64,000 nt of DNA. Source: Sphagnum compactum (lineage: Eukaryota). Below the pieces are notes generated by a model. That model saw only the letters and a list, made by a program, of their open reading frames with translations. It was not told where the DNA came from and did no database searches. A program made the position numbers and the translations under genes. The stretch lies in NCBI GenBank assembly GCA_965153455.1, contig OZ234494.1, positions 11,656,001 to 11,720,000 of the forward strand, written 5' to 3'. Shown here piece by piece: positions 1 through 13,517 of this stretch (the stretch's first letter is position 1; every line of letters starts with the position of its first letter).

Positions 1-570
1 ACCCTTCAGATCTTGGGTTGGAACCTTTGTATTCTTTTGGCAATAAGTTGCTTTAGGACCATGGCATTGAACACTTTCCCTAACAATTAAAAGTAGGCTT
101 TGGCAACCTTGTCGTGCCTCTCTTTTGATTGAAAATCCTTTAGAAGCCTTTTCATTAACCACCACGCTAACATTGGCTCCTAAGAAAAGTAATTTTGTCA
201 TGTTCATAAAAACTTTGTTAGAATTTCAAGCTTTTCCATGCAACCAAATAAGAAGTTCCAATCCACCTTGTCAAATGCTTTGGAAAAATTCAGTTTAAGG
301 ACTATTATTAATTGCTTGGTTTTCTTAGTCCATGAAATTGTTTAATGGGTTAAGAGAATATTTTTTAGGATATGCTTGAGTGATAGCAATGTTGATTGAT
401 CTTGAACTTTCTCCTTGGCCATTGCACCCATAGTTGAAAATAACTCATCCTTAGCTATGGGTTTGGTTAGCTATTGCTTTGTGTTTTTAAGGACTTTGTT
501 TTTCAAGTTCCCAATAAACATGTTATGGGTTTCTTGAAGGATCTCATCACCCTCTCATTTGGTGTATAAT
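1..570 (-). mobile_element. LINE (non-LTR) retrotransposon reverse-transcriptase remnant
   Basis: Minus-strand translation around 220-380 gives ..ILKNILLTH*TISWTKKTKQLIIVLKLNFSKAFDKVDWNFLFGCMEKL, matching the plant L1 RT motif (LKLDFxKAFDxVxW). Stops present. Confidence 0.8.
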
Positions 571-2325
571 TTATGGTGATTTGATGTTAAGTCAGAGTTA
601 AATGAAAATCTAAGTGACATCCTAGGTGGCACACAATGTTAAATAGGTGATAATTTGATGTTAAGTGAATGTTAACTTAACATAAAATTTTCATAATAAG
701 TAGGTTTAAGTCTTAAATGACTAACATGATGTTAGAGGACTCTAACACTAAAATCCCTAACACCAAGTGTGAACACACATTTAAAGTAATATTTTTTGCA
801 TCACTTTTTAAACTTAAATGGGGAGGAGACAATTAAACTAAACCTAGTATTCTTTCAAACCTTGCTTCAAATATTTATGTACTAGTGACATTTTGGTTAT
901 CCATGACTAGAATTTTAAGAAGTCTTTTAAGATGAAAAATAAATAAATAAGCAACTTCATAACAACAATTTTGGGGCAGGTATAGTTTTTAAAAAGTATT
1001 TTCTAATATAGAAAAATTGGCATTGTTTCCCCCAATAAATGAAAAGATAGTCAAATTTAAACTAGGAAAACGAAAAAAAACCCTTTTGCTAGAAAAATGA
1101 CACAATTTGTTGAAAAAAAAGACTCCTTCTACTTCTCAGTATTTTAAATTATTTGAAATAATGTTTTATAGACTTTGAATATTCACCTTTCAATCTTGGA
1201 TGAATTAATGTTTTTTGCCCACATGTATTCGCCACTTTCCCATTAAAGGAAATGGCTACCCATATATAGGTATCAAAATTAATACCTGCCTATCAATTTT
1301 TCAAAAAAAAATTTAATTTTTTTGTGTCATGTTGCCACATTGGTAATCATCCATAAGGAGATTAAGCCATGTTTGGCTATAGACTAGCTATGAAATTATA
1401 AATTTATTAAAATAATTTTATATGTTGGCTACTTGCTTGTGAAGAAACATGGTGATTTCTTTTCGTTTATTTATAAAAAGAGGGAATATTTGACAAAATA
1501 TTATTTTTTGAAATTTTTTGGCCAATTGGCAAAAATCAGCCAAAAAGTAAAAATTCTGCTGCCTATGAGATTTGATTTCCATTGCAGGATTTTTGTAAGT
1601 TAATTTTTTATCCCAGTTATTCAAATGTTTGCATCAATTTGATTTCCTTGGCTCCATTGCTGAAAACAACACATTCTATAAATCTCGTCCATTGAACTCT
1701 CCATTTTGATGCCATCAAGTTGGATGAATCCGCCAATGAGAAAATGTGTCATGTCCACACACCATCCATCCATGGTGGGTGCTCGTTCACTCTGGCGGCC
1801 ACACAACAACAAAACACTTTCATCCACCTTGGCATAATGGTACATCATTTTTGGTTTAATTTAATTTATCAATATAGAATTTGGGTTAGTTTCCAAGTGA
1901 ACCTTTGTGATCCAAATCAAGGACCCATTGTTTTTGTGTTCCAAATTGTGAAAAATCCCTCTCAATGAAAAACTCTTGCCAAAATTTCTTTAATTCCTTA
2001 GAGAAAATAATATGTCAACTCACTTATAAATCTTGAAACCAAAACACACAAAGATGGGGAATTTATTTTGCTCAAAAATAAAATTTCTTTTGAAGAGAGA
2101 GAGAGAGAGAGAGGGAGGGAGAGTTGTAGGGGAGATTCCCATACGAGTGCATTCTCTTGATGGAGGGGCATCCAAGGGTGTAACTTCTCTTTTGTGCATG
2201 TGTGTTGAAGTGTCCAAAGTTTGGTGATGGGTCAATCAAAGTGGCCTCTTAAAAAGACAAAACAAAAAAGAAAAAGAAAAAGAAACAAAAATGAAAAGAA
2301 ACTTTCAAATCCAACAGAATAAATT

Positions 2326-2587
2326 AACACAAATCACAGTAGGTACCTAAGCTCTTGAAAAAGCTTAGGCCAAAAATGATGATGAATAAAATTAGGAATG
2401 AAAATTATAAATTAATACAAATCACAATAGGTAACCTAAGCTCTTGAAAAAGCTTAGGCCAAAAATGACGATGAATACAATTAGGAATGAAAATTATAAC
2501 TTAATACAAATCACAATAGATACCTAAGCTCTTGAAAAAGCTTAGGCCAAAAGTGACTATGAATAAGATTTAAGAATGAAAATTATA
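2326..2587. repeat. Tandem repeat, about 89 bp x3, each unit with an internal hairpin
   Basis: Unit AA(T/C)ACAAATCACAATAGGTACCTAAGCTCTTGAAAAAGCTTAGGCCAAAAATGA..GGAATGAAAATTATA starts at about 2326, 2414 and 2503. Confidence 0.9.
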
Positions 2588-4139
2588 CTCAAATGACGAG
2601 GTGGGACAACATGTGTCTAAGATGCACCCAAGAATGTGCACCCATGACGTTTTGCAATAGCACCAATTTATCCCATTTATTTATTTTTTCAAAAATGTGT
2701 TCTTGTATTGTATATAAGTGAGCTAAAGTGAAAAGCTTTCACAATTACCATATTGATAAATAATAGCTTTTATTTAAAGAGTATTAAATTTTATTTATTT
2801 TTGGTGAAGAGTCATTCAAAGTGACCCATTGCAACAGAAAAAAAAAAGCAATTGAACTTTGGAATGCACCCATAACTAATTATTATGGATTGTAAATAAA
2901 TATGATCATTAAGGATATATATGACTATTTACATTTACACAACATTGGTTCTTATGCTTGTGAAGAAGGAATAACAACAACTAAGTTGTTGGGATCTATT
3001 GCAGCTTTTCTTCTTACCCAATCTCTCTCTCTCTACAAATTCTTGCCATTGATAAAATTCATGTGCATTTATGACAAGAATTTGCAAGAATTATTCCTTA
3101 GTTTTTGGATTTTTCTGACAGCTTTGAATTTTGATATGAAGTGTTTTGTATGAACTTTTTTTTTGTTGCTTCCGGGTTTCTGAAGATTTTGCAGCTTGTT
3201 TGATGGTGGTGGTCTTCCTGGATCACACTTGGGGATGTTTTTATTGGTGTTGTTTCATCACCCCCACAAGCTCACAACTAAGCTCTGAATTCTTGAGCTA
3301 TGATTGTGTTGCAGGAGGTTGGAACCCTTTTTTTTTGGTCTTCAAGCCATGTATGTGGAGGCCTGCTGTGACAATTGCAACTGGAAATCAGGATTATAGT
3401 TACAGTAGTGTCTTTGGTCTAATCCAGGTGGGAGCTTGAGAAGTAGGAGTAGAGGAAGCTGCTGTGCAATCATGTACCTGAGACAGAGAAAGTGATGAAA
3501 AATCCAAACTGCTGCTGAAGGGAGAAGTCACTAGGAGAGATTTGCAGCAAATTATCAAGGAGCATTGATCAAGGTCTGCTGCAATGGCAGGAAGTGAATG
3601 TTTTCACAAATTCTCAGATAGACTGTTACATACCATTTTTCTACCCCCACTGTTGGCAGGGAGTTGATGAAGTCAGTGAGGAGTCATTGCAAGCTAGTCA
3701 TTTGATGATGAAGGTGAAGATCTGATTACATTGTGAGTTTTGACGCTCATAACGGTCTGTACCACTGTTGAACACCTGGGGTTCAAATGTGTTCATTTGA
3801 ACTCTTCCTCATTTATGAAAGGATACCCTCTGATTTTCCATTGTTGGATGATGGTCTGCCATGTTCTGGGATCAATTTGAGATACATTCAGTTTAGAATC
3901 CAAATGTGTAGATTTTCTGATCCTTAAAATTAGAAAAAGCTCAACAGAATGGATTTTACACTACTTGAGTAATGTTGGTTCTGAAAAAAAAGTATTGACT
4001 ACCTTCTATATGGAAGTCACCCCCATAATCCATGATCTGTTTCTGAAACTGCGATCCAAGATCTGTTTCAATGTTTCTGGCACAATGCACATGTTGTCTA
4101 TGGCTGTGTACTGGATGTTTTCCTTTCAAAATGGAGGTA

Positions 4140-6975
4140 CTGATGAGCTGAAAAATTGGTTGCAATAGCAGGCAATGGCAGTGACAATTGTGTTGGTTCT
4201 CGGTTATACTCCTGCTATTGTGTTGATTGCAGTCTTTAGCATTGGGGTGCTTGGCTGTATGGTAGCTTCTGGATGATGGCAGCAATTGTTTTAGTCAGAG
4301 GTGCTTCCTTCCTCACACGCCCAAAATCTTCTATGGGTATCAATGTGGTTCCTGACATCAGCATGATGAGGCTGCTTTTTAAGTCCTCCCATAATGTGGT
4401 TGAAGGCCTTATTGGCTCACTGCAAATGTTTCTTTCTGTCATTTTTCTCTGGTGCAACATCTGATCTGTATGTATTCTTCTGATACTGGGCTGGTGGTTA
4501 GGAGCTTTCCAATGTGCTAGTTCAAATTTCACCTGTAGCAGTATTGTGATCTGCTGCACTTATGCTTTGAGGAGGAGGAGATGTGATGTGACAAGCAAGA
4601 AATGCTGCACAAGAAGCCCATGGACAGCTTCTGTTTGCTTACAATTAACCTTTCTGTTCTCAAATGAGAGGTATCAGAAGAAGGTGCGGCACTCCTTGTC
4701 AAGTTCTTTGACATTACTTCCATCGAACTTGATAGCAGCAGACCTTGAATTTCATACACAATATCCTTCCAGTGCAGGGATTGCTCAAATAGTACTCTGA
4801 TGGCTCATTCATGTGGAGCTAGATGGGGTGTGCATTTGCAGTTGACTTTTCTATTGCTTGTTCCCTAGATATCATCATAGGCTGAATTGCAAACCACAAT
4901 GGACATGTATGTCAGACAATTCTGGTCTATCTTTGTACTGCATATGCCAAATGATGACTCATTCTCGAGAGTGACATGGGGCTTTTGTGTTTGCAGCTGA
5001 CTTGCTATTTTCTTACTGCCTAGATATCATAGGCTGGTATGTTAAACTGCAAGGGACATGGCAGGCAATGGTGGTGTCATCCTGACAAAAATGGTGGAAA
5101 TAGGAAAGCAGAAGAGGCCTTCAAGAGATTGCAAAATGCGTATGAGGTATCCTGCAAACACTTGTACCTATTGGGACTCGCATTTCTCATCATGTAAAAG
5201 TACATTAGTCTGTGGTCAATAAGTTGATGCAAGGTTTTAACAATCAACAAAGCAAGAGACCTTTCTCTGTGGCAGAATGTATCCCCCCTTTTTGGGTCTT
5301 CATGATGGAGTATGTGGAGACAAATGTACTAAGATTGTTCAGTCTTCAGATAAATCTGGGGATGTTTGCAGAACAAGGTGTTGCTGGATGCAACCAAACA
5401 GAGGTGTTATGATGATAGAGCTGTGACGGCAAGAAGTTCTAAAAATTTTCCATCAACATCACCACATTGTTCATATGGTATGCATTATTCTTGTGTGCCA
5501 CTGTCAAATTCCAGTGTGATTTAGAAGGTATATTACAACCCAAGCTCTTGAAAGAAATTGCTTCATCCACTAAGCAGATCAAGTCCACTGTTCTGGGGTG
5601 TTTGTTCCTGTGCAGAAATGTGTAGATTGTTTGTCAATGAACTTTTTGATCAAAACACATGTCAAAAATTGTGCAGAGTGGCAGAGGTGGATCTCCTCAA
5701 CATAGCTGTCAACACTCAGAAGATGAAGGCAATGACGACATTCCAGCTGATTCTTGTAGGATCTTGTGTCAGGTGTGTGGAGATAGCCACTTGTGGATAT
5801 CTACTGACAGGAATAAGCTTCAAGCAAGGTAGTGTCAAGTGAGCTTCTTTTGTGCTTGAAAAGATTTCTAAAGAAGTGTGCTACAATGTAGAAAATTCTA
5901 CAATGGGTTTTTGTTATATGAGCTTCCCCATTGCTTCTGGGAATGAAAGAGAACTCAGCATGCAGAGTTTTTGTTGTTTTGTCTCCCCAAAATTGAGCAG
6001 ATTAAATCCCTGTCTAAACCCACTGTCAGGAATCAAAGTACTCAGTGAGGAGTAATGGTACCTAGTCAATGCCTGTCAATGCCGCTGCTGATGGTCTGAT
6101 ATGTTGTGAGTAGTGCTCACAAGGTTAAGACCACATTCAATTTTGTTTTGGTTGGGCTGGCACTGCTGGAATGGCTACTTTCAAAGTTTTACTTTGTGGA
6201 AATTTTCTCTGCAATCCCATGGAGATGCAATAAGAGGTTCAAAGTTCTGACAATATTGAACTCTTGTTGTTTGTGCAAGAGTGCCAAGACTACCACCAAG
6301 CAAAAGACAGTAATGGTTGGGTAGAGCAATCTGGCCAGTCTTTCTTCTTTGGTATTTTTCAGAAGGTAATTGAGTTGTGCTCATTTTTCTCTACAATGCA
6401 ACTTGTCATTATGTGGCAACCCATCTTCATTATGGGCATGTAGCAGTCCCATCTCTTGTTGTGGGCACTCTCAATAACGACACTGCCATGCTTTAAAAAG
6501 GCTCAAAAGTCCTTGGATTTGAATATGTTTGGGTACTGTAGGTGGAATCTCCTCACACATTTGCTTGTGCCAATGGCATGGTGTACAATATTATTGAGTG
6601 TGTGCATTGTCAGGTGTGTCATTCTTGCAGAAAACTCTACCTCCATGCTGCTGGGGATCATCATGTGTCTCTAAAACCCACGGGTGCTTGGGCCATCTGA
6701 GGTCCTTGAAACTTTCTGTGGGCATATCTTGAAGTTCATAGAAATCTACAAGATTTTGAGCCCTTGAATTAGGCCTTGTACCTGCTTCATACAGTTGTTG
6801 GAAGCTCTCAATCTGAGTCCTTTTTAGTCAGCATCCTAACCATCAGTTTTCAATCCTGTTGAATACAAGGTTTGAAATGCCCAGCAAATACACATAAGCC
6901 CACTTTTCATGTATGTACCTTTGGAAATGGAAGGAGTTCAACTCATGGGAGCAATAGGACTACCAAGGCTTAGTG
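4140..6975 (+). pseudogene. DnaJ-domain + Jiv90-domain protein (DNAJC14-like) pseudogene, multi-exon
   Basis: Exon 5065-5146 reads AMVV[+1 frameshift]HPDKNGGNRKAEEAFKRLQNAYE (J-domain HPD). About 5378: VLLDATKQRCYDD. About 5680-5838: SCRILCQVCGDSHLWISTDRNKLQAR*CQ (TAG at 5830-5832 replaces the conserved W). About 6279-6365: ECQDYHQAKDSNGWVEQSGQSFFFGIF. About 6542-6613: VESPHTFACANGMVYNIIECVHCQ. About 6869: GLKCPANTHKPTFHV. Hydrophobic N-terminal remnants at 4140-4300; the 5' end may extend to about 3300. Confidence 0.85.
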
Positions 6976-8979
6976 CACATGACTTGATGCTAGATGGTTT
7001 TTTGTTTACAAATTAGATAAGAATATGATTGAGGGCAAAGGTTCGCTTCTTGGTGCAAACAATCAAAAAATTCCATGGCAAGGGGAAGCATCCATTGGGT
7101 GTCGATCATGGTAAAGTCCTTTTGTTTGAGCTACCACTGTTGTAGTGACCCCATGAAATGAAGCAACACACAAAACCAAATTTGCTTAAATGGGATCAGC
7201 AATGATACCATGGTCAAGGTGCGAATGCCATTAGTTGATAACATGATGTCAACATGTCAATAAGAAAATAAAAGGAGGGTATCCAAAATATTTTGGTTTG
7301 CTCACGCATAACATGAAACCTTGTATCCCTCATAATAGAAGCAAAGGCATCCCAAATGACATCATTAAATGCAATCCTTTCCCCATCATGAAAACAATGA
7401 AGAAGGTGAGTCTTCTCTAGATCTAAAGGTTGCTCACAAATGCAATGAATCAACCCAAGAGATATAGGATGAGGGATGGTCAACTTGGTGCACAACACAA
7501 GGGAGAAAACATCCAAGGCCAAATGGAAAGAAAGAGTGATTGGGTGAACAAAAAGCCATGCACTCACCCTTGGGGCCCATTGGTTTGTTTGTGCACCAAT
7601 TTGATTCAATTTGCATTACCTACCATTTTTTTTTATTTGTGTATATTGACTTTTCCTTAAACTCAACTTAAAGAGTTTTTCCTAATCTTATTTTGAAGCT
7701 CTCAAACATTTTTATTTGTGAAAGCTAAATAATGCACCATTGCAAAATCAAGATTTAACAAGATTCTTTATCATTCAATATCATTTGACAAACCTAAAGG
7801 TGTGTCATTTATGTTTTAACATTGTTTCTTTTGTTTCATGTTTCTAATGGAAATTTTATATGAATATTTTATTGCACATTTTTCTCGCTTGTTTTAAATT
7901 ACCATTAATATGTGGTTGGATTTAGGTTCAACTATGTTTTGGTTATCATTTGTCCTTGTTCTTGTGCACATTGGGATGTTTTTTGGTCATGATAGTTTTC
8001 AAAGGTCAATGATATATATTTTTTAGATTGAAAATTTGCAACTTGGAGCATGTTCCTTGATTCCTTGCAATTGAAACTGAGGGTTGAAAGCTTTGGGATG
8101 AACAAGACAAAATGACACTTCACATTTATTTCTCAATCACTTCAATTGCACAAACAAATATAGGGGTCATTAGTTCATTGTGAACTCCTCATGGGTTCAC
8201 TTGGATTCACCACATAGCCCAATTCCTACATGAGGTATCACTTTCTCTATAGTATACTTTGTATTTCACCATGGCATTACATCCCAATGGCATTTTCTTA
8301 AAATCCCAAAATTGCATTTCTCAAAAATTAGGATTTTGAAAGTCTACAACTATCATGAAACATGTATGTTTTCAACATTTGAATGCACTATCTTCCTCTT
8401 GGTGCTTGAATGTTGAATTAATTTTTCTTGCTAACTATGTTTGTTAACTGATACAATTGGTGGCAATTTTGGACTATACAATAACACAATTATGAAAATT
8501 TGAAATATGTTCATTAACTCTTTGTGACTAGGGAAAAAGGGTAAAAACTTCAAGATGACTAGGATCAATTGATGCACTTGACATATAAGTCTTATTCTTT
8601 TCAATTACATATATTAGGTTAAGAAGATATTTATTCCAATTGGAATCAAAATTGAATCATATCTTCATCATGTATGGATTCACATTGCTTTCACCATAGC
8701 CTAGACCACTACAAAAAAGATTACTTTGAACATTGTGGTATATTATGTAAGTCTTGGTGAAGATTACATGGAAATGACAAAAATTCTTAGGACTTCCAAA
8801 AGCCTTTTATGAAATTGGCACATTTTAGTGTTTCATGACTTTGAAGTTTTGAGAAATACAAAATCCAATTACAACATGCAAGACCAAATATGTATAGCCT
8901 TGTTGAAAGCTTTTCAAAGCCATGGCAAGTTCTTCAATTAGGATTCAGTTCCCCTTCCAAATTATGTTAAGAGTGGGGT

Positions 8980-9560
8980 AAAAGCATAATTAGGTCGATA
9001 GCTTGGACTTACAAAGTTGTAATTTTTTTGAATTGCAAATGAATTAAAAATGTAAAGTCATTTCAACATTTAGATTTTCAATTTTAATTGTCCATGTTGC
9101 AATAGACTTTAGTGAAAATCATATAAGAAAATAGATGAGTTATAAGAAAAGAATAAACTCATAATGGACTTTTGAAATGATGATATTGTGTTTGTCGTAT
9201 ATAAAAAATGAAAAATGTGAATTAAAAAAATTGTCATAGTAGTGTTAAAAATAAAATAAAATTCACCATCCAATGAAAAATTTAAGAAGAAGATGCATTG
9301 AAACTTTTTTAATACAAGAAAATTTCATTTTGAAAAACTTAAAATAATGTGATTTTCATCATTTCTTTCTTCCCTATTTCACATTGAAATCTCAAATCTT
9401 TCAAATGAGCTTTTTTAATCAGACGTCTAAAGATATTTATAGGATGATTTATAAATATTTGTGACAAAAAAAAGAAGATAATTTTTATAATTTTAATTAA
9501 TGTAAGGTGTGAAAATTTCAAAATATTAAAAATGAGCCATCTAACCATGCTTTTACCCAG
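8980..9560 (+). repeat. Dispersed AT-rich repeat, second copy at about 55990-56560
   Basis: Shared blocks such as TTTAGTGAAAATCATAT..TTATAAGAAAA..ACTCATAATG and AAAATGTAAAGT occur in both places in the same orientation. Confidence 0.65.
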
Positions 9561-9654
9561 TAAAATACATTATTTAAAAAAAGTTCAGTTTTGATTCTCT
9601 AAACCCTCATAATTATTAGAAAACAATTCATTTATGGGAATGCAAAGCTATTGA

Positions 9655-9845
9655 TTTACAGTTTAGGTAACTCTGGCCTAGGTAGGCTTCCTCTGGCAAT
9701 AGGCTTACCCCTCAGCACCAGGGTAAGTCATTGTCCTCACTCCTCACATAGCATGAGGAGAAAGGGGTCTAGTTGGGATTTGAACTCCCAACCACCAACT
9801 TTGCAGCCAAAAACCTCAGCTACCAGGGTATCTCACTGGTCCTCA
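9655..9845 (-). mobile_element. tRNA-derived SINE-like element
   Basis: Minus strand has an A-box-like TGGTAGCTGAGG, a GCA anticodon-like loop, a B box/T arm TGGGAGTTCAAATCCCA (9774-9790) and an imperfect acceptor-like pairing, followed by about 110 nt of non-tRNA body. Confidence 0.6.
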
Positions 9846-10315
9846 AGGCACACACCCTTTTGAAGTAAGGTCCTAGACCTAACCTTTAACCTCATGGATG
9901 ATAAAGGTTGTCTAGACTAATGGATGCCACCTATTTCTAATGGAGGATAAAGGCCAATGTTTCGCATGGGAATGAATGTTTCCAACATCATCATCATATC
10001 AAACTTTACCATAGCAGCTTAACACAAGATTTGGAGGGATCATATTTAAAGCAAATTTACATGGTTCTTCATGATACATATATTGGATATATGATAAGTC
10101 TATCTTGTGTGGAGATACTCAAATATGCTCTTTTTTTTGGGTTTGCAAAGAACCCATCTTTGTCATCCCAACTACCATCAAGAGCAAGATCACGGAGGAG
10201 CTTCTAGAAAGTGTTGCTAGCCTTAGAAATGCAAAAACTGGCTGACAATGGAGAGTCATGTATATAAACCACGTACATATTACCTAGTGTCTTTGTGAGG
10301 ATTAATATTGGCTAA

Positions 10316-10510
10316 TGAGAGTCTAGCCATGCATTGCAAAATCCAAGGATTATGTACTTTAAAAACATACTTGTGGTTTATGAGAGTCTAGCCATGCATT
10401 GCAAAATCCAAGGATTATGTACTTAAAAAACATACTTGTGGTTTATATGAGTCTAGCCATGCATTGCAAAATCCAAGGATTATGTACTTAAAAAACATAC
10501 TTGTGGTTTA
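10316..10510. repeat. Tandem repeat, about 65 bp x3, near identical
   Basis: GAGTCTAGCCATGCATTGCAAAATCCAAGGATTATGTACTT(T/A)AAAAACATACTTGTGGTTTA occurs three times in tandem. Confidence 0.95.
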
Positions 10511-11597
10511 TCACAAGTTGTGTTGAGCCATTTTTAGGTAAATTCTTCTTTAATATTTTTTTTGGGGCGTCTTGGTCTTCACTTGTGTGTAAGAGACCTA
10601 CCAAAATCTAGTGTGACCACCTTTTTCAATCTTTGGACTCAACAGTTGGCTTCCATTTTCACAAGAAGGAAGGTGACTTCTTCTCCTCTGTTGTCTTTGC
10701 ACAAGAGTAAGAGACTGACCCCCAATTTGAGTCTTGTGAAGCAAAACTGACCCATCCCAAGATCCATTTTTCCAAAGGGCTGGTTAGGGATTCAAAAGCC
10801 CCTGAGCTCAAATGGATTTTGGGGGAAGCCCAGTTTAGTTCTTAGACCATGCAAAAATTGCACATTCCCCCCCAAAAAAAAAGAAAAAAAGAAAAAAAAG
10901 TATTGGGTTGGTAATGGGACTTGTTGATTGGCCTACACAAAATGCTTCAAACTTTGGATACTCTCATTGGAGTCTCAAGATAGAACTGGTCTAGCTTTCC
11001 CATATTCCCAACAAATGTAGGCTAAATGAGTAGAACTTTGGGCAAGGAACATGGGACTAAAAGTGGGGCAATTGGGAACAACATGAAAGGGATATGGGAA
11101 CTTTGGGAACAACATGGAAAACATGTGACAAAACATATGGGATTTGTAATTAAGAAAGGCATTTAAAGACACATGGGAATTGTGGGGGGACATACCACAA
11201 TTGGTATAGTATTTCACATTTGGCAAAAACATATGAGGTTAAAAACCAAGGAACACGTGTGAGAGAGACACATGGGAACTGTGGGAACAACATAAGAAAC
11301 ATTTGACAAAGCTTATGGGATGAAATAAAAAAGAACATATGAGGGAAAAGTTTGGAACATCATTGAGAAAACCATTGGGAAAGTTATAGGGACCATTCAG
11401 CAAAACCCTGAACCCAAAAAGAAGGGAAAAAAACTGGGCCTGTTGTTGTTCTACTCATACTGGCTCATCTCATTGGATGCCAAGAAAAAAAAATATTTTC
11501 CCTAACATTATTGTTAGGGAAACAACTTTTTGCCTAGGGGAGTTTGATAGGTGGTACCTACTATGGAGACTATCCATAATCTTGTGCATTTTTTTTA

Positions 11598-11840
11598 GGA
11601 AAATTTTAAATTCACACCTTTTTGGGTTAAATTCACACCCTTTCTTGTGACAAGTCTCACTTTGAATATGTGGAAGGACGCAAGTGTGGGGTCTGTGGTC
11701 AATCAGGGCACAACTCGAGAACTTGCCCGCAGAAGTAATTGAACTGATAAAGGAACATACTCTTAAAGTTTAATCTGCATAAAATCGGATGCGCGAAGGG
11801 TGTGAATTTAACCAAAAAAGGTGTGAATTAAAAATTTTCC
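11598..11840. mobile_element. MITE with about 45-bp terminal inverted repeats, TA-flanked
   Basis: Left GGAAAATTTTAAATTCACACCTTTTTGGGTTAAATTCACACCCTT and right AAGGGTGTGAATTTAACCAAAAAAGGTGTGAATTAAAAATTTTCC; TA on both sides (11596-97, 11841-42). Confidence 0.85.
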
Positions 11841-12557
11841 TATTTTTATTTCCTGTAAAGAATCAGCAACAGATCACCATCAGACTCACCTCTTGTGTTG
11901 TGTCACACTATGCAGTTCTCAGCCAGTTGGAAGTCAAAAGCACTGCAAGCAATGTCATAGACTCATTCACAATCTGCCACCAGACAGACAAAGCCACCCA
12001 GCCACACTTTGAAAAGAAACCCATGAGGCTGATGTATAGGTACACATTGAACTTCTTGTTTGCAGTGGAAAGAAAGCAAGGAAAAAATTGAAAAAAAAAA
12101 CTTATTGGGGGGGGGGCAGAGGAGGAAAGTTACAATGAAGAGCAGACTTTGCTATAAATGAATGAATGGCACCAAAAAAAGAAGTACCAAAGGATGGTGG
12201 TCCCAACTAGCTAAAAAAAAGAGCTGTCAGAAGTGGCACCCAAATTTAAAGAGGCAGATTAGATTGGACTCATCAGAGTCCAGCTTCTGAGTCAAAATGA
12301 TTTTCTCCAGGCTCCTCCAGACAAGCTGCATTTATGAGAAAGTTGATCTTTGTTTATAGTTCTACAAAAGGAAAGTGGTGAAATCTCTTCCTATCTCCTT
12401 CCTTTTGAAAGCTGTATATTGCAAAGTTGGGTGGTTTCTCTAAGGAAAACGTGTGTATTAGAAGAAGATGCACATGGCATATAAATCCTGGTTGCACCAA
12501 CCCTGGTTACACCCAAGTTGTCCTGGACTAAGCGACTCAGCATCCATGAGAAACATG

Positions 12558-12965
12558 ACTCAGTTGTGGATGAGTACCCTACTTAGGACCCACAGTGAAC
12601 CAGCACCCACCAGTGCACCAATGATGGATGCATGGTAAGTGGTCAAGAAACAGTTTTCTGTTGAGCTCAAGTTCCCTAGCTAACCATGGTGGTTAGCTCA
12701 ATTGCGTTTTTTTTTTTTTGGATACCTACCTACCAACAACTCACAAGGAGGAGGTTGTTAGTAGGTAGGTAGTAAAAAGAGCCTCAGCTATTACCTAGTA
12801 CTTACCTATTTTCCTACCTATCTACCTATATGTGAGACCTATTTCTTACAAAATTGGTTACCAAGGTGAAACCAAATGTTAAACTTAGTTGAGGTTCATC
12901 CACAACTGAGTAGTAACAGGCATCCAGTGGATGGTGCGCAGGTGGGTGCTGGTTGACTGCGGCCC
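12558..12965. repeat. Inverted-repeat element fragments (MITE-like)
   Basis: CACAGTGAACCAGCACCCACCAGTGCACCA (about 12591-12620) is the approximate reverse complement of TGGTGCGCAGGTGGGTGCTGGTTGACTGCG (about 12932-12961). CTCAGTTGTGGATGA (about 12559) is also inverted at about 12896. Confidence 0.6.
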
Positions 12966-13235
12966 CTACGTAGTAAGTACGTAAGGCCACTTGGTGGCTA
13001 CTATGTAAGCAGATGCATGTGGATGGTTAACCACTGTGGGTAGCTATTGGACAGGAATACAATGAAAGATTGTTTTCTGTTCACACATCATCCATCCTGC
13101 ATGGTGGTGGACTTAGGAGAAGGTGTTGTTATCTTTCAAACCTTCTGAGAGTTTTTGATACCTCTGCTGGTGCAATATCCAGGCTCCCATGTATCTCAAG
13201 TTGTGAAAGAAGATTCTCAAGACTTTCCCGAACCG

Positions 13236-13517
13236 ATGTACCTACAACTGAGAATGGGCACTTCTTTGGTGAATTTTTATTTATTTATTTTACAAAACAA
13301 GATTCGGAAGTTTCAAATTTAATTTTTCAAGAATTTCAACAATTGAGGAATAAGCCTGCAAAGTACACTCCTTGTGTTGTGTGTAGGTAATAGTAACCCA
13401 ATGGTTGAGAGAGGAGTTCAATTCTCAACAATTTCAGCAAATGTCAATAAATTTTGCTCTCTTTTTTTTGGCTAGATCTTTTGTGAATTATTTTGTGGCA
13501 AACATCAGTTGTGGGTA
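13236..13517. repeat. Dispersed repeat, copy 1 (inverted relative to 14994-15286)
   Basis: Blocks AAGAATTTCAACAATTGAG, TAGTAACCCAATGGTTGA, ATTCTCAACAATTTCA and CAAACATCA are reverse complements of blocks in 14994-15286. Confidence 0.75.

Noticed and set aside
9765..9845. Functional tRNA-Cys gene
   Set aside because: Acceptor, D and anticodon stems are poorly paired; better explained as a SINE head.
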